Below, one piece after another: positions 1 to 14,350 of a stretch of 64,000 nucleotides of DNA. Where the stretch lies: NCBI RefSeq assembly GCF_006345805.1, contig NC_042999.1, positions 117,924,001 to 117,988,000 on the forward strand. The letters run 5' to 3'. How positions within the stretch are numbered: the first letter of the stretch is position 1; every line of letters begins with the position of its first letter. The stretch is from Octopus sinensis (lineage: Eukaryota). The position numbers and the translations under genes are program-made. The notes under the pieces are model-generated. The model made no database searches. It worked only from the letters and a program-made list of their open reading frames with translations, and was not told where the DNA came from.

Positions 1-560
1 AACCACATAGTTAGGGGTTCAGTCTTATAAAGCATTGTGAGTGGATTTGGTAGACGGAAATTGAAAGAAGCTTGTCGTGTATATATGTATATAAATTCAT
101 ATGTGTGTATGTGTGTATAAACATATGTGTGTGTGTATGTCTAAACATACATATATCTGCTTGTATTTTTTTTGTGTGTGCTTGCATGTGTATATACACA
201 TTCATACACACACTCACACGCACACAAGCTACGCACACTCGAGCTACACACATACACACACACACATACGTACACACAAACACATATGTTTCTCTCTGTG
301 TGTGTATATATCCCTCTTCTGTATGTGTATATGTGGTGTGAGTGTGCGGCTGAGTACACCTTTGTGTTCGTTTGTGTTGTACCACTTGACAAACAGGATT
401 AGTCTCTTTATGTCCTTGAAACATATGTTCTGCAAAAGCGATCTTTGGAATAAATACCTCATTTAAAAACATTAATAATATGATCGATTAAACCCTTCAA
501 GGCGGAACCCCCGGATCAGCTGTAAATAAATCAATGAAACAAGTAAAAGAATAAAAGAAT
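1..560 (+). mobile_element. Degenerate copy of the major tRNA-derived SINE (family 1), 5' end outside the window
   Basis: Contains TTGTGAGTGGATTTGGTAGACGGAAA.TGAAAGAAGC, an internal (TA/TG) microsatellite and the tail GAAACAAGTAAAAGAATAAAAGAAT, like the better copies at 14351 and 19374. Confidence 0.7.
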
Positions 561-1022
561 TTATGTATTTCGAGAAAAGTGTGTTCTTGTTCTTGTCAGT
601 ATAACCTTCATTTTAACTGTGAAAAAACAATTGGTATTCTATATATTTGTTTCACATTTTGTCATGAAGCCAGCAATTTTAAGTGGAATGGTCAGTCAAT
701 TGCATCGATTCCCAGATTTTGGCAGGCGCTTTATTTTATGGAAACTGAAAGGATTAAAGTGGTAGGTGAGTGCAGTTGTACTTGAAATCAATACACAAAG
801 AATCGGAAGCATTTTGTCCGACTCCCTAACAATTCTACCAAATCGCTACCTTGCGATATCCATTAGCCGAAAGTAACGATATCTAGTTACAAGTATTAGT
901 ATATTGCACTGACAATAATCTCAGTGGAATATCTACATAAATTTACACAATGGAATGTATGAACCAGCGAACGTAAAATAAACAAATAAATAAATAGATA
1001 ACTAACTAACTAACTAACTAAC

Positions 1023-1057
<35 letters not shown>

Positions 1058-2709
1058 AAGATCCTAATCATTTCTGCAAATGACAACATTTCTGCGAACG
1101 ACAAGATATAAGAAGGAAATAATTACCTTCGGTAAGTAACTTGCGATTCAATAATGAATAAAATGAGTAAAGAATAAATAGTTTGAATCGAAAAGACTAT
1201 TGTTATCAGAATAGCATATTTCTTTACCGCTACTTATTTTGTTAATCAATCTCAGGGAACAAAATGCGATTTTGATATCGTTAACATTCACTGACCCCGT
1301 CATGATGAAAATCATAATGAAAAGACGAAAAAACACAACGTACCAATGATGGAACTAGATAAAATCACATGTCCTTATAATCACAACCTATTGTGTGTTA
1401 ACTAAAATATATATTGAATAATCTAGTTCTACACATTCCTTTAGGATTTTCGCTGCTGGAATACATTTGATCTTTCGAACAGTGCTGCTCTGGTGTTAAT
1501 ATGATAGCAACGACAATGAAGAAACTAAATAATCGAATGCATATAGTTTGGTAATCTACAATACTATCGAACTATCTTTTATTCAATCACATGCACCAAG
1601 GAATAATGCCATGTCTTTGTTATTGTTATTGTTGATGATAATAAATCTCAGTTTAGAAATTATAAAGTGGACTTGCTATCAAAGCAATCTGTCGTAACCG
1701 CCCCTTCTAATTTTCTTTTCATTTTTAGACAATATACGTGAGCATTCTTATATGAGAGGAATCCAGCTACAAGTTTTAGCAGGTCAGCGAACACCTGTCA
1801 AGACATTCACGTTCATATGCAATATGCATTTTCTTTCTATTTTTCTTTGTCATTGATATAATAGTGTTTTCTTTAATAACCATCAACGAATGACAAAAAC
1901 ACAGAGGTTGGTCGATGACGATATAGTGTAGGATTAAGTAAAAAGGTATGTGAGGAGGAAATAAAATTAAAAAACACTTCAAACGAAGAATAATTCTCTA
2001 ATAGTGTAGACTTCCGAGGGCTACTCGTGGGAACCCCACAAAACTTCGGTCATTTTGAAAACCGATGCAAATGTTCTCTCGTAGTTCTTCAATCTACAGC
2101 TGCATGTTCAGAGTAAACCCATTCACTTGGACACTCACTCTCTACAACTTCACGTTCATTTTCAAGTGTGGGCTTGGTTAAAGGGGAATGTGTTTGTTCT
2201 CAACGTTTTCAGTTTTGTCTGCCACATAACCGTTGGCACCAAAGCTATCAAAGACCAATGAAAGCAAAATAGCATAATTATATTTACATTGAAATCGGCT
2301 GATAGCTGGCCTCACCGTATACACAACAGGTGTAACAGCATTAGAATTAGAAAGCACACACTTAATGTATAATAAATCTAATTATTAATTACAAAATCAT
2401 TTTAGCCATCTAATTTGCGCCACGTTCATTTCTTACGTACACATTAATGCGTATTAGATTGAATGCAAAACGTCTATTTGGTTTGCAAAACTTTTCTTGC
2501 ACGCAAACACGAACACAGATTAAAAGTAAAGGCGATTAAATGATATTTCTTCCCACACCGCAAAGAAAGATCAGCAGGAAACAGATCTAACTAATCATAT
2601 AGAAACTAATGTAAATACTTCTAAATAGTTAGATGATTTGTCGGTTTCTTTAAAACAAACCTCAAACATTTAACGATAGTATATTTAAAGAGAAATCAGC
2701 ATATATATA

Positions 2710-3525
2710 TAGGGTGCGATGGGTAAATTGTCGCAAATTTTATATTTCAATTTCGCTCATGTGCCTCTTTTTATGATTTTGTCAACTAAACAGTATAGTA
2801 GGGTCAGTTGGGCACCGTCTTTGAGAAAAACTGCACCATGATGCAATTCACTCTGCCAGAAATTTGGAAACGACATTCTCTATTGCTTGGCATTCGCGCG
2901 GGAAGCTTTAATACGAACATTTCAGAGAGCTTGGGTGTCAATATGAGGACACTGCATATACCGAGAGTGATAAAAATCAAACATTCCGTCAACATCATGG
3001 TGTTTGAAGTGATCACTAGTGATAGCGATGTTATGCCTCCATTCATCTTTCCATACTGCCTCAGACTCAACACCAAGGCCTACATCATGGACCTGGAGGG
3101 GGTAGTGCTGCCCTGAGTCAAGAGAGTGGCTTTTGGAAGACCCTATGTCTGGCAACAGGATTCTGCTCCATGCCACACAAGGAGGAGAATGCAGTCATGG
3201 CTGTCAGATAATTTCTGCGACCACATCACCCCTGACATCTGGCCACCTAACATCCCAGACTGCAATCTCCTTGATTATTTGAGATATGACCGTATTGTGT
3301 GAGGTGCAGTTGAGTGAGAGACCAACAAAACTCCTTGTAGCACCAAAGATGAACTGAAGGCAAGGACTTTGGTAGTATTCACGAACTTAAACAAGAAGAC
3401 CGTAAAGCGGAATTTCAGGAGATTCCGAAGTCGTCTGGAGGCCGTGGTTGAAGCCAATTGCGATTTTATTGAATAAATTTAATCTTTAGTATTTCAAGAT
3501 ATTTTTATGTAATTTTGGTAAATAT
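2710..3525 (+). mobile_element. Internally deleted Tc1/mariner transposon, DD37D (maT-like) transposase remnant
   Basis: 3150-3278 translates WQQDSAPCHTRRRMQSWLSDNFCDHITPDIWPPNIPDCNLLDY, with 37 residues between the two catalytic D. It starts after a (TA)n run. No right TIR was found. Confidence 0.8.
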
Positions 3526-6500
3526 AACTTGATGCAATAATCAATATTATTCTTTCTGTGTTGGTCTTCATGTTTTAAAGTTTTGTTTGTACTTTACTGT
3601 AAGTGTGTGTGTGTGTGTGTACGCACACGCATGTTTGTATGTATGTGTATAAGCATACACACACACGCATTAATATAGGCATGTTAATCATTTCGTTCAG
3701 TAGTTACGAATACTTAGCTAATATTTTTGTTGTATGTGTGAATGAAGAGATTTATATTGCAAGTATTTAAGCCATGGAGATCACTATTTTCTAAAATATG
3801 TGTGCACCAAAGACGACATAATCGTCCCTATTTGAATCCAGTCGGTTGTGATGTCAAGGAGACTTGATTAGTACTTTTAACCAGTCGGAAACCGGAGAAT
3901 GAAGATTTGGTTTACTCGAGATCCTAAACTGTGGAACATAAGACTAGGTCAATTTGAATATAATTTGGTGCATATTGCGCTTCTCGCAATAGTGAAAGTT
4001 ATATATTTACAAGGTGGGGGGACAGTCAATTTATTCAGTCTCCATATTCGACTTGTATTTATTCAAGCCATCAATAAATTCTTTAATTGACCTCATCAGC
4101 GGCTAGAAATAGCAGCTAATTTTTCTTATTTCATACATTGGTGTTTAAAATATGCCTGAAATAAACAAGAGCGTCTAAGTTGTGGCTAGTAAGCTTTTGA
4201 TTGTAGGTCTTTTCAATCAGATTATACCGAAAGCTAAACAACAATAACACCATCAAGCAGGATTTATTTTATTTATCTAGCAACAATCAAAATCAAATTT
4301 GATCGTGTTGAGATTTGAACTCCTAAAGAGATCTCGAAACTACAGGATCTACCTCTTACCACCCTGAAATATCGTCATAAATATATGAAAAGTTTTTCAT
4401 GTCTATTTGGATTCCCTGATCAGTAAGTGGAGCCATGATTGTTTAGAAGCATGACAATATTTGAAAATATATTTTATTTATCTTCGTTTTTCTTGCAAGC
4501 GAATTGCAGAAACGGACGCTGATTAATGTATAGCGCAAGTGGAAGCGTCTATTTGGCTGTAAAACTTAATATGCTACACAAATACGAATATATGGTGTTT
4601 ATATTTATTACTCTGTACACGTTATATTCGAATTTCTACTGAACACAAAATATTATATTTACGTAAGTATCGAGACGATCAGTAAACACATCTTTCTCAA
4701 ATCACACACAACTACTTAAACAGCAAAAGGGTATATTTTGTAGATAGTAGATACACGAAGAGGAAGGACAGGATCCATTGCGACGTCGCTGGTTCGTCAG
4801 AGGTTTGTTTGCCTGACATATGTATAGGCACTCGCACTGAACTGCTCATATTTGGAGAAACAATAGGAATGCTTTTAATTTCTATGGTCAAAGCAGTTTG
4901 ATTATATTTGAAACGTTCGCCGCTTTTCGATAATCTACACATTAGTTTATAAGACAGTTTGGAGGCAAGGCATATATCAGTCATGTTATGATTAAATAGA
5001 ACTCATAAAATGAAATTAGTTTCAAGTCAGAAAAAAAAAATCAATATATATATTATGTTTCAGAGAGATAGAAAAGTCTGTCACATTTCTTGTGTTGTTT
5101 ATCACAGAAAATACGTCAATATATGTTTCTTAATGAGTTTGAAAAATACAGTATGGGTTTTACAAAGATTTATATGTATACTGTATTGTTTATGGGCGTG
5201 TATACACACATTCTCATACACGCATATATGAATTCACGCACAAATGCAATCACGCACACACAATTCCTCTTCTCATAGACACATCTGCACACACATACAC
5301 TCTGGTACACATATGTGCATGCGTTGCCAGTTTGTGAGCATAAGTGTGTATGAAAGTTAGTCGCCCAGTGGTTAGCGTTGTTGGCTTCACAATCATTAGA
5401 TCGTGGGATCAATTCACAGAAGGGGAGAACCTTTGACTCCCACAGACGCTCACCTCAATTCACGTTACTTTACTTTATGCAAATTAGAATGAGTATCAGT
5501 GACAAATGAAAAGGGGGAGGACTATCATCCAGTTCAGCAGGCTACTGAATTATTCTTTCGGTAATTTCAACGCCTTAAAAACCAGTTCTAATTGGCTAGT
5601 AGGTTCAAAACAGACTATAGCACACAAGCATGCGCACGCACACGGACACACGTACACGTGCGTGCACATATATATGTATACGTATGTATAAATCACTTTT
5701 ACTCCTTTTTATTGTAATTAACTAAACATGTATTTCAAATTGTATTTCAAATGTGTGCTTAAAACTTAGTGGCCTAGTTGTTAGCGTTTACAATTATCAG
5801 GTCGTGGGATCGATTCACAGAACGGGAGAACCATGGGCTCCCAGAGCCACTCTGTATGTATGCATATGTATACATATATACATACCCATGCATACCACAA
5901 ACATATTTATATGTATGCATATATGCCTTTTTACGTAAACATATTCAGTCCTATGAAAAAATTAAAAAGCAAATAAAGTAATTACATCACTAGTTTTATC
6001 TATTTTGGAGTAGACAATATGGAATTGATCTGATCAGTTTCTTATCTTGTTAAACTTTCATCAACGAAAGCATGTCATTCTTCTCTTCGTAGAGAGATAT
6101 GAAGCTTATAGTATTTTTGTACATGTGCAGAACGCCAAACTGCTTTGATTAATTTGTAGAACAGTGCTAGTGCAGATAAAGTTATTAATTCATTTGTTCA
6201 CACTGAACTAAAGAATGCTTTTTCGATAATCTGCTAATGAAAATACACACAGTCTCCTGTCAAAAGTACTGATTACATCAAAAGAGTTATCTCCCACCGG
6301 GAAGAAAAAGTAGGTGGTTCTTTCCTGTATCTAATGTTATTAGGTATTTATCGGAAAAAGAAATACTCGTCTTCTACCCATGAACTTAGATATCATTGCA
6401 GTGTATAAAATCATATAAAATCAATTAGTTAATCGGTATTGTCGGTGCCTGTCTAGCTATGTAAATTAATTGTTTACACTAGTGATTCCTAATCGGCCCT

Positions 6501-6739
6501 ATCACACTTTGGGTGTGTTCGAAGACTGAAGAAGGATGCTGGAAGGCAAGAAAGGATGGGAACCATAAGAAAACAAAATGATGAATGGTAAGAAGTTATG
6601 AGGGTGCAAGCAGCAAGAAATCTAATGACACTAATTAGTTGCCATTCGATAAACTGTCTCCAAAGTTAATGGCAGTGATTCTTGTTTATTGAATATTAAA
6701 GAAACATCTCGAAATAAAATAATATATATCAATAGTGAA

Positions 6740-6996
6740 GACGCGTGGCCTAGTGGTTAGGCTGTTGCGCTCACGATCGCTAGATTATGAGTGACTGGGC
6801 CGCGCGTTGCGCTGTGTTCTTATACTTCATTTCACGTTGCTCTGGTCCCCCTTCAGATCAGAGGGGAATGTTGACCTGCTCGCCCAACCAGCGGGGTGAC
6901 GTCAGTTGAAGGCTAAAACAATGCAAAAACGCATTGTGACTAGCGATGTGTAACAACATCTGATAGCCTGCTCGGTCATGTGATGGTCACGTGATA
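6740..6996 (+). mobile_element. tRNA-derived SINE (family 3)
   Basis: A-box TGGCCTAGTGGTTAGG, tRNA-like head and short repeated tail (CATGTGAT/CACGTGAT). Confidence 0.65.
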
Positions 6997-7171
6997 GTGA
7001 CAATATATTTTTCATAATATATTCTTATGAGTATAACATGGTAAATTCAAAGGAAATGCACAGCACTGCAATATTGAATATTTGTAATATGACTTATTAC
7101 GCCACGTACTAACATGGTACATGCTTTGAAAAGGAGACTTTCTAAATGAATCTACTAAAACTTTAGCATTC

Positions 7172-7273
7172 GAAACGACATTCTCTATTGCTGGGCATTC
7201 GCGCGGAAAGCTTTAATACGAACATTTCAGAGAGCTTGGGTGTCAATATGAGGACACTGCATATACCGAGAGT
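7172..7273 (+). repeat. 102-bp orphan copy of 2867-2968 (inside the DD37D element)
   Basis: Matches 2867-2968 with 2 substitutions and has no transposon ends. Confidence 0.85.
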
Positions 7274-8837
7274 TAATTTTTACTAACAAAATATGGGGTT
7301 ATTTTGATTGAAAATACTTCGAATCAACAAAGCATGAAGATGACGGGTTACCTGTCTTTCCAAATGTCATTACTGATTAGCGACTGTAGAAGGCAGTATG
7401 CGATTGGTAGAGAATTGATCTTACAAACTTTTAGCGAAGTTCATCATACAGTGCTGCAGAAGCCTGTGGCTATCATAATCAATGTGTTTTATTTTTAAGT
7501 GGGTATGTGTGTACTACTTCAATAAAACGACTAATTGACAAAATCGTGAAGGATGTGGAAAGCACATTATTCTATTTTGTGGGGGCTGCTCAATTCTACT
7601 GACTACCAGATGAATCAACTCTATTGTGGAATAAATGCTCACAGTTACCTTTTGTTCGGTTTATAAAAAAAGATAACTCGAGAGCTATTGTTTTCGAGAT
7701 ATGAGATAAACGACATTGAAGATGAGTCAGTATTTCATATTGTGGAGAAGTTTTTACGCTGAAGCTTCTTACAAATATGACACCTGCAACATAAGGAGGA
7801 CTGTCCGTGTTAAGATGCTTCCATGAATTCACTGCAAACGCAGTGTTGAATTTATTGACAGTGCGTTGTGTGGTTAGTTGTGAAAAACATTATTAATTGC
7901 TTGTATCGTTCATTGAAATAACTCATTATAACAATTAACAGAATTAAAAATAATTCACTCACAGACAGATTATTCGGACATCTGTGCAAACAAAATGATG
8001 ACAATTTTATTTGCTTGCCATTCTAAACTGAAATGTACTGGTTAACGATGAACGCTGTTTGAATCACTTTTATGAGAGATAATTTTTGAATTCTCAGAAA
8101 AACAAAATAAGTTTCCTGAGAGATATTTTGAAAAAGTATTCAAGATCAATCAAACGAAATTGCATCCTCAAAAGAGTTAAAGTAAATTTATTAATACGAA
8201 GTCTGTTGCATGTGTATTTATTTCAAAGTTCATTGTGTTACACTACAAATTTGGGCGTGCAGAACTTTACTAGTTTTTGAGATTTTCTAAGACGATTACA
8301 TTCACTTTTGCTGTCATCTTTCGGAAGCATTACATAAATATTTCTCCGAACGTTGAAAAGATATTCCGTTATGAAGATTTCTGATTGAGTTATTCAGAAA
8401 ACCTGAAATATGTATGAAGAGGATAATTCTATAGTTATTTATACCAACAGTTTAGCTGTGGAGATTGAAATTACACAAAACATCGTGTCACATATATATA
8501 TACATATGTATATAAAAACAGTGTACATTTAAACACATAAGAGGCATCCATCATAGGATTCCTTGCACGCTAGAAAGAACAGTTAAATTCCAAACCACAA
8601 TTAGGGATAAAATTTCGAAGGGAACGAAAAATAAAAACATTTACCATCTTACACCTGGACCATGGTTTCAGACTTATTTTAGCAAATAAAATAATTTGCT
8701 AGAAGTTTTTTTTTCAGCAGGTACGAGGCAATCTAATATATGCCCCTTTTCAAATCTACCGTGCAAGCGCAGCTCCTTGTCGGCAGTAAGTAAAAATGCC
8801 GGCTTTTCAATTCGAAAATTATCCAGAGAAAATATCA

Positions 8838-8904
8838 ATAATTAATAATATCAAGGGTAATAAGAAATATTTCCCTTGAAATTACCCTTGATATTATTAA
8901 TTAT
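8838..8904. repeat. 24-bp perfect inverted repeat with 19-bp spacer
   Basis: ATAATTAATAATATCAAGGGTAAT ... ATTACCCTTGATATTATTAATTAT. Confidence 0.85.
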
Positions 8905-9435
8905 GCATGTCTATATGTATATGTTTATGTGTGTTTATATATATATAGAACATGAACTATATGTATAGAACATGCATATATGTTTGTGTATACATATACA
9001 CTGCGATTAAAATTCAAATTGCATGGCATATAACTCGTATTTAGAAACCCATGTAGATTCTTATATATCCAAAATGAGAAATATTGGGGAGAACTCGTAT
9101 TAAATCCGTTAAATAGATGAGGGAATACATATTCTCATTAACACAAGATAGAGACAGAAGCATTTTTTTATCTACCGTGATAAAATATATTTGTCTTCAT
9201 TTTCTTACCTATATAAGTAAATACTTTAACCTAATTTAGCACAGTCGTTGATACAGTAACACTGCAATATAGTACAAGTTCTAAAAGTTACTAATGAGAA
9301 TAACGAAATCTCTAAAGACTTAACAAGGTAATCAGCTTATGAAATTTTCTTTACACAGTAGATATTTTCACTGCCTATGAAATACATGCAAGATGACGTA
9401 ACTAAATAATTTATGAATTTTCTTCGTCTCTTCTA

Positions 9436-9482
<47 letters not shown>

Positions 9483-10272
9483 TATATACATATATGTACA
9501 TACCTACATATATGTATATATACATGCATATATGAGTACAGGACATAAAAAACGTTGAATACAATGAAAAACGAAAACATAAAAGCAAAAACATAGAACT
9601 ATTTTTCGAACAATGAAAAAACAGAGAAACGAGACATATTACATAAAGAATATTCCTCTTCTTCAGTTGTCCCTGTTTCATCTACTCCGCGTTCTGAAGG
9701 TAAGGACAAGACGCGACTTCGTTGAAACAGTCCTTCCCGTAAAGCAAATAAATAAAATTTGGGATTTTTGCGGAGGGTGAAAGTGGCTGATATCTGATAT
9801 ATGTGGGTTTGCCAGAGCAACTTAATGCCGTGAGCAGAAACCAGAAGGGATATTAAAGTATGACATATTTAAGCGTTTTTAGGGCTTACTATTCAGTATA
9901 ATAGAATGATTGAGGTAAGAAGGCCAGACATTGTAGTTGTCAACAAGAAAGAAAAGTATGCTAAAACTATCGATATTCCCACTTCATATATATATATAAA
10001 ATCCTTATATGACAGAAAAAGTTGTCAGCAGACAGCCACATAGATTCGAATCTATGTTTATAGTGTCAATTTGAAGGAGCTTAGTGTCAGAGGATATTTT
10101 AGTTTAATTGGTAGAGTACTCAGTCGGTATCTGAAAGTTGCACGTTCGAGTTACGTGGCTGGCTGCTGATAACTTCCTTTTTCCGTCATATAAGGGTAAA
10201 ATAACCAATCGTTTTGCTGTTTTCAGGTGACTTTTGGCCAACACTGTACACATACAACCTATTAGTCATCAT

Positions 10273-10488
10273 ATTCTTTTCTACTCTAGGCACAAAGCCC
10301 GAAAATTGGGGGGAGGGGGCCAGTCGATTAAATCGAACCCAGTACGCCACTGGTACTTAATATATCGATCCCGAAAGGATGAAAGGCAAAGTCAACATCG
10401 GTGGAATTAGAACTCAGAACGTAAAAACAGACGAAATATCGCTAAGCATTTTGCCCGGCGTGCTAAATTTTCTGCCAGCTCACCGCCT
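10273..10488 (-). mobile_element. SINE family 2
   Basis: Minus strand starts GGCGGTGAGCTGGCAGA, has B-box-like GAGTTCTAATTCC and tail TGTGCCTAGAGTAGAAAAGAAT. Homologous copies at 16779, 50240 and 60270. Confidence 0.8.
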
Positions 10489-10569
10489 TCATTAGTCAAT
10501 ATATTGGAATAACGTTTGAGAAATACAGGCGTTGTAACATAGAAAACTAACAAATAGTAGAGGGGTTGA

Positions 10570-12660
10570 GCTTGCTAACGGATAGGTTAATAAAGAGACG
10601 GGAGAGGGAGGATACGAGTATTTGGGAGTCTTTAAGTTGGATAAGATCAAATAGAAAGAAACGAAGATGTTAAAAAAAGAATACCTCAAGCGTGTGAGAC
10701 TTGTAATGTATAAAGTAAACGGAACGAATAAGATCAAGGCAACGAATACATGGGCTATATCCTTCATGCGCTATGGGGCAAAGACATGCACTACAGGACA
10801 AAGACAAATTAGAAAGTATTGACAGGGAAACTAGGAAATTGATGACAATAATAATAAATGTGCTCTATACAGTGCTCAGATGCACTACAATTAAAAAAAA
10901 ACAAAAAAGAGAAGAAAAAGAATCATGACTTAGGGCACCAAAACTACGAATTTCAGGAAGCATGGAAGTTTGGACGGATGTAGTGTCTCGAAAGCTTGCA
11001 CCTGATACAGGTAGTTTGTTCCATAGAACCAGCAATACGAAAGTCATGGGTGCCGTTCTGTAGTTTGATTGTATTGTTGTTGGATATATGAAATTCAAAG
11101 AGGTGCCCAATGTTTTTGCTGGAAAGATGGTAGATAATCTTGTGGGTATCCGCCAAGTCGGTTGCCAGACGTCTGAGCTTTAGTGTGTCCATGCCCAAGG
11201 AAGCAAGACGTTAAGAGTATGGTAGATGCCTGGCGGCAGGCATTCGTTTGGTTGCAAATTTCCGAACAGTTTCCAGGAAATTGATATGCTGGTTGCACGA
11301 CTTTATGTTGGAAGAAATAAAGGAAGTAGAGGAATAATAAGTTGTGAAAATTGTGTCAAAAGCGAAGAAAATAACCTAGTTTGGCACCTTACAAATTTAA
11401 AGGATTACATCATATCAAAAATAAAAGACTTTAACACACTGAAATCTGCTGATCCAGTAACATCAAATGAATGTAAGTAAAGAGTAAAAAAGAACTTGCA
11501 AAAGAATGGAAGGGTGAACTTACGCACGGGCAGTACACTTGAGAGAAGTATGTATTGATTGGGATAAGAGTTCATCATGGTTTAGAAATAGTGATCTGAA
11601 AGGATGCACTGAAGCTCTGGTGTGCAACACCCAGGAGCAGGCTTTCCGAACAAGCTGCATTAAACATCATGTTGACAAAACGAAAAGATCACCATTATGT
11701 AGAACGTAAGGTAAAAAGGGGAAAACGGGAAGCTATCTTGTAAGCGAATGTGCTAAGTTAGCACTGCGGGAGTACAAATGACATGACAAGGTTGCCAGAT
11801 ATATTCATGGTTGATATCTGATATACGTGGGTTTGCCAGAGCAACTAAATGCCATGAGCAGAAACCAGAAGGGATATTAGAGAAGGACAAATTTAAGTGT
11901 TTGTTGGGCTTACTACTCAGTATAATAGAATGATTGAGGCAAGAAGGACATACATTGTAGTTGTCAACAAGAAAGGAAAGTATGCTAAAACTATCGATAT
12001 CCCCATCCTAGGAGATTGTTGATCAAAAGATAAATAGCATAAAAGGATAGAGAAATGTGAGCTACTGAACGAGGAAGCTGGAAAATTGTGGGAGATGGAA
12101 GTTCCAGTGATTTCAGTGGTGACCAGAGCTTTGGGATGCATATCAAACAGTTTGCAATGTGCAATCATCGAATCGAAAGAGTACTGGAGTCGGAGAAATG
12201 TAAGATTTTGTGGGACTTACCAATTCAAACCGACAAGAAAATAGAAAATAATAGACCAGGTATAACGATTGCAAATAAGGAAAAGCAAAGTTACATACTT
12301 ATCGACCCATCAGACCTGTTTGATTCCAAGACAGTAAAGAAAGCGGAAGAAAAACAACGAAATACAATCCCTTAAAGTTTGAAATAGGAAGAATTTGGAG
12401 CACGTGAAGAGTAAAGGTCGTATTTATGATAATTGGTGCGTTGGGAACAGTAAACCAAGATATAGACAAATGGCTGAAAGAGATTGAAATAGAATGCCCC
12501 GTAGAGCTACTGAATGTTTGACTCTCAGGGAGAGCAAAGATTATCAGGTGGGCTCTAAGCACTTGAAACTTGTGGATGCCTAAGTTTACAGGGAGCAACC
12601 CGCTATCCACATAATTCCTACTAGGAATAAAACCGAATCTGAGCCAAACCAAAATAATAG
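10570..12660 (+). mobile_element. Decayed RLE-type non-LTR retrotransposon (R4/Dong-like): RT thumb, zinc knuckle and restriction-like endonuclease, with two successive 3' RLE segments
   Basis: Fragmentary peptides KEYLKRVRLV, RLYVGRNKGSRGIISCE, PLCR...YLVSEC..LA..EY..HDKVARYIH, KILWDLPIQTDKKIENNRPGITI...ILID and IIGALG. Many stops. A related fragment lies at ~9788-9980. Confidence 0.7.
10891..11290 (-). mobile_element. CR1/L2-like LINE 3' fragment inserted in the RLE element
   Basis: Peptide LGMDTLKLRRLATDLADTHKII resembles the CR1-clade C-terminal L..RR...DL...YKI motif. Opposite strand to its host. Confidence 0.55.
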
Positions 12661-13461
12661 TATTAAATGCCTGAAAGATTCTCATGATGCCAACATGCAT
12701 ATAAATATGCTTTCGTACAATGCAATGGGAATGAATTTGAGTAACTGTTAACATAATTTACTTACAAGTATGGATGAGTTAAGTTTAGTTTTAGCTTCCC
12801 CATTCTTGTAAACAGCAAGTAGCTATTTAACTCGCTTTGTGATCGTGAGTGCACCAAACCACACATGTGCATATGATTACATTTTCACGGATGCTTGTAG
12901 TAGTGAGTGTACAGCACCGTGCAGTTTCTGCGAGGGCGTTCATACGTCCATACTTGTAAATGGTAATTTTTGATACTTTTCTCACTATATTGCGCTTTCA
13001 TTTCTTTTTTACATCAGTGATTTTTATTTTTGATCTTCTACATAAATGAAAATAATTCTTTCGTTTTGCTGCTTTTCTTTCTACGAAATGAAAAGATACA
13101 TTGTGAACTGTTATTTTAACACGTTGTATCTATTTATCACTCGATGAGATACATCTGCATCGCCGGATGTTCTTGAACCAGTCGATAAGTGTCCTACCCG
13201 TGAGGGAATCGATGCTACATGTGTCGAAACAGTTGTCGTGATTGATAATAAATTCTCGTATATTCATCTTCCGTCTTTCATTTACGTAACGAACATTGTG
13301 AAATTGACTGTGCTTTGCCAGTAAGCTACCAGGTGTAAACTATTTGTTTTATGTTATATATAAATATATATATATATATTATATATATATGCATATATAT
13401 ATGGGCATTTATATATGCATGTACATATGTATATGAATACATATATATATAGATAGATATG

Positions 13462-13519
<58 letters not shown>

Positions 13520-13582
13520 GTACATTTAAATATTTGTTGTACAAGATTTTTTATGTGAAGTCGTGTGTTGAAACAAATATTG

Positions 13583-14167
13583 TTAGATTTCGGAATGGTC
13601 ATATTGCCAGTTTAGCCAATAAAAACACACGCACTATATATTTGGTGTTATTTTGCTTCAGTGTTATTTATTTTTTACATTAACCTTAATCTTATTTCGG
13701 CCAGAGTTCTTTCGTCACATTCCTGTGACCGCATCAATGGTCCTTTGTTTTCTTCTTACTTCTTTGTATCTCTCCTTACTAACCGTCAGCCATTTTGTAT
13801 TTCTATTGTATGTCTTCATTTGCGCATGCTTATATCCCTATGTGCGTCTATGTTTATTTAGTGTGTGTATGTGGGGGCATGCCTGTAATATTTGTATCTT
13901 CTGTTTATATATGTTCATGTAATTTGTATTTTGTTTTTGTTGTTTTTGTTTATTCTTATTTTGTTCATGTGTTTACATCCACTTATTATTATCATTACAT
14001 ATGCTTGTATGTATGTATGTATAACAACAATACTAGTAATAATAATAATAAATCGAATCGAAAATTAAGATTAATGTAAAAAATAAATAACACTGAAGCA
14101 AAATAACACCAAATATATAGTGCGTGTGTTTTTATTGGCTAAACTGGCAATATGACCATTCCGAAAT

Positions 14168-14172
<5 letters not shown>
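13583..14172. repeat. (TA)n-flanked repeat with ~100-bp inverted arms (13583-13683 / 14071-14172), Penelope-like
   Basis: Arm TAGATTTCGGAATGGTCATATTGCC...TTTTTACATTAA occurs in both orientations. Degenerate hammerhead-like motif at 13701-13740 (-). Confidence 0.7.
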
Positions 14173-14239
<67 letters not shown>

Positions 14240-14350
14240 ATCCAAACAAGAAAGCACAAAAAAACACAACAAAGCGAGGACGTGGAACAAATATAGTATT
14301 ATTGGACGCTCAGGAAAGAAGGAAAGAAAGAGGGTTAAGATATATATATA

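Noticed and set aside
10095-10172. tRNA gene (also tRNA-like heads near 5357 and 5768)
   Set aside because: A/B-box-like motifs are present but the cloverleaf stems are broken. These are likely decayed SINE heads
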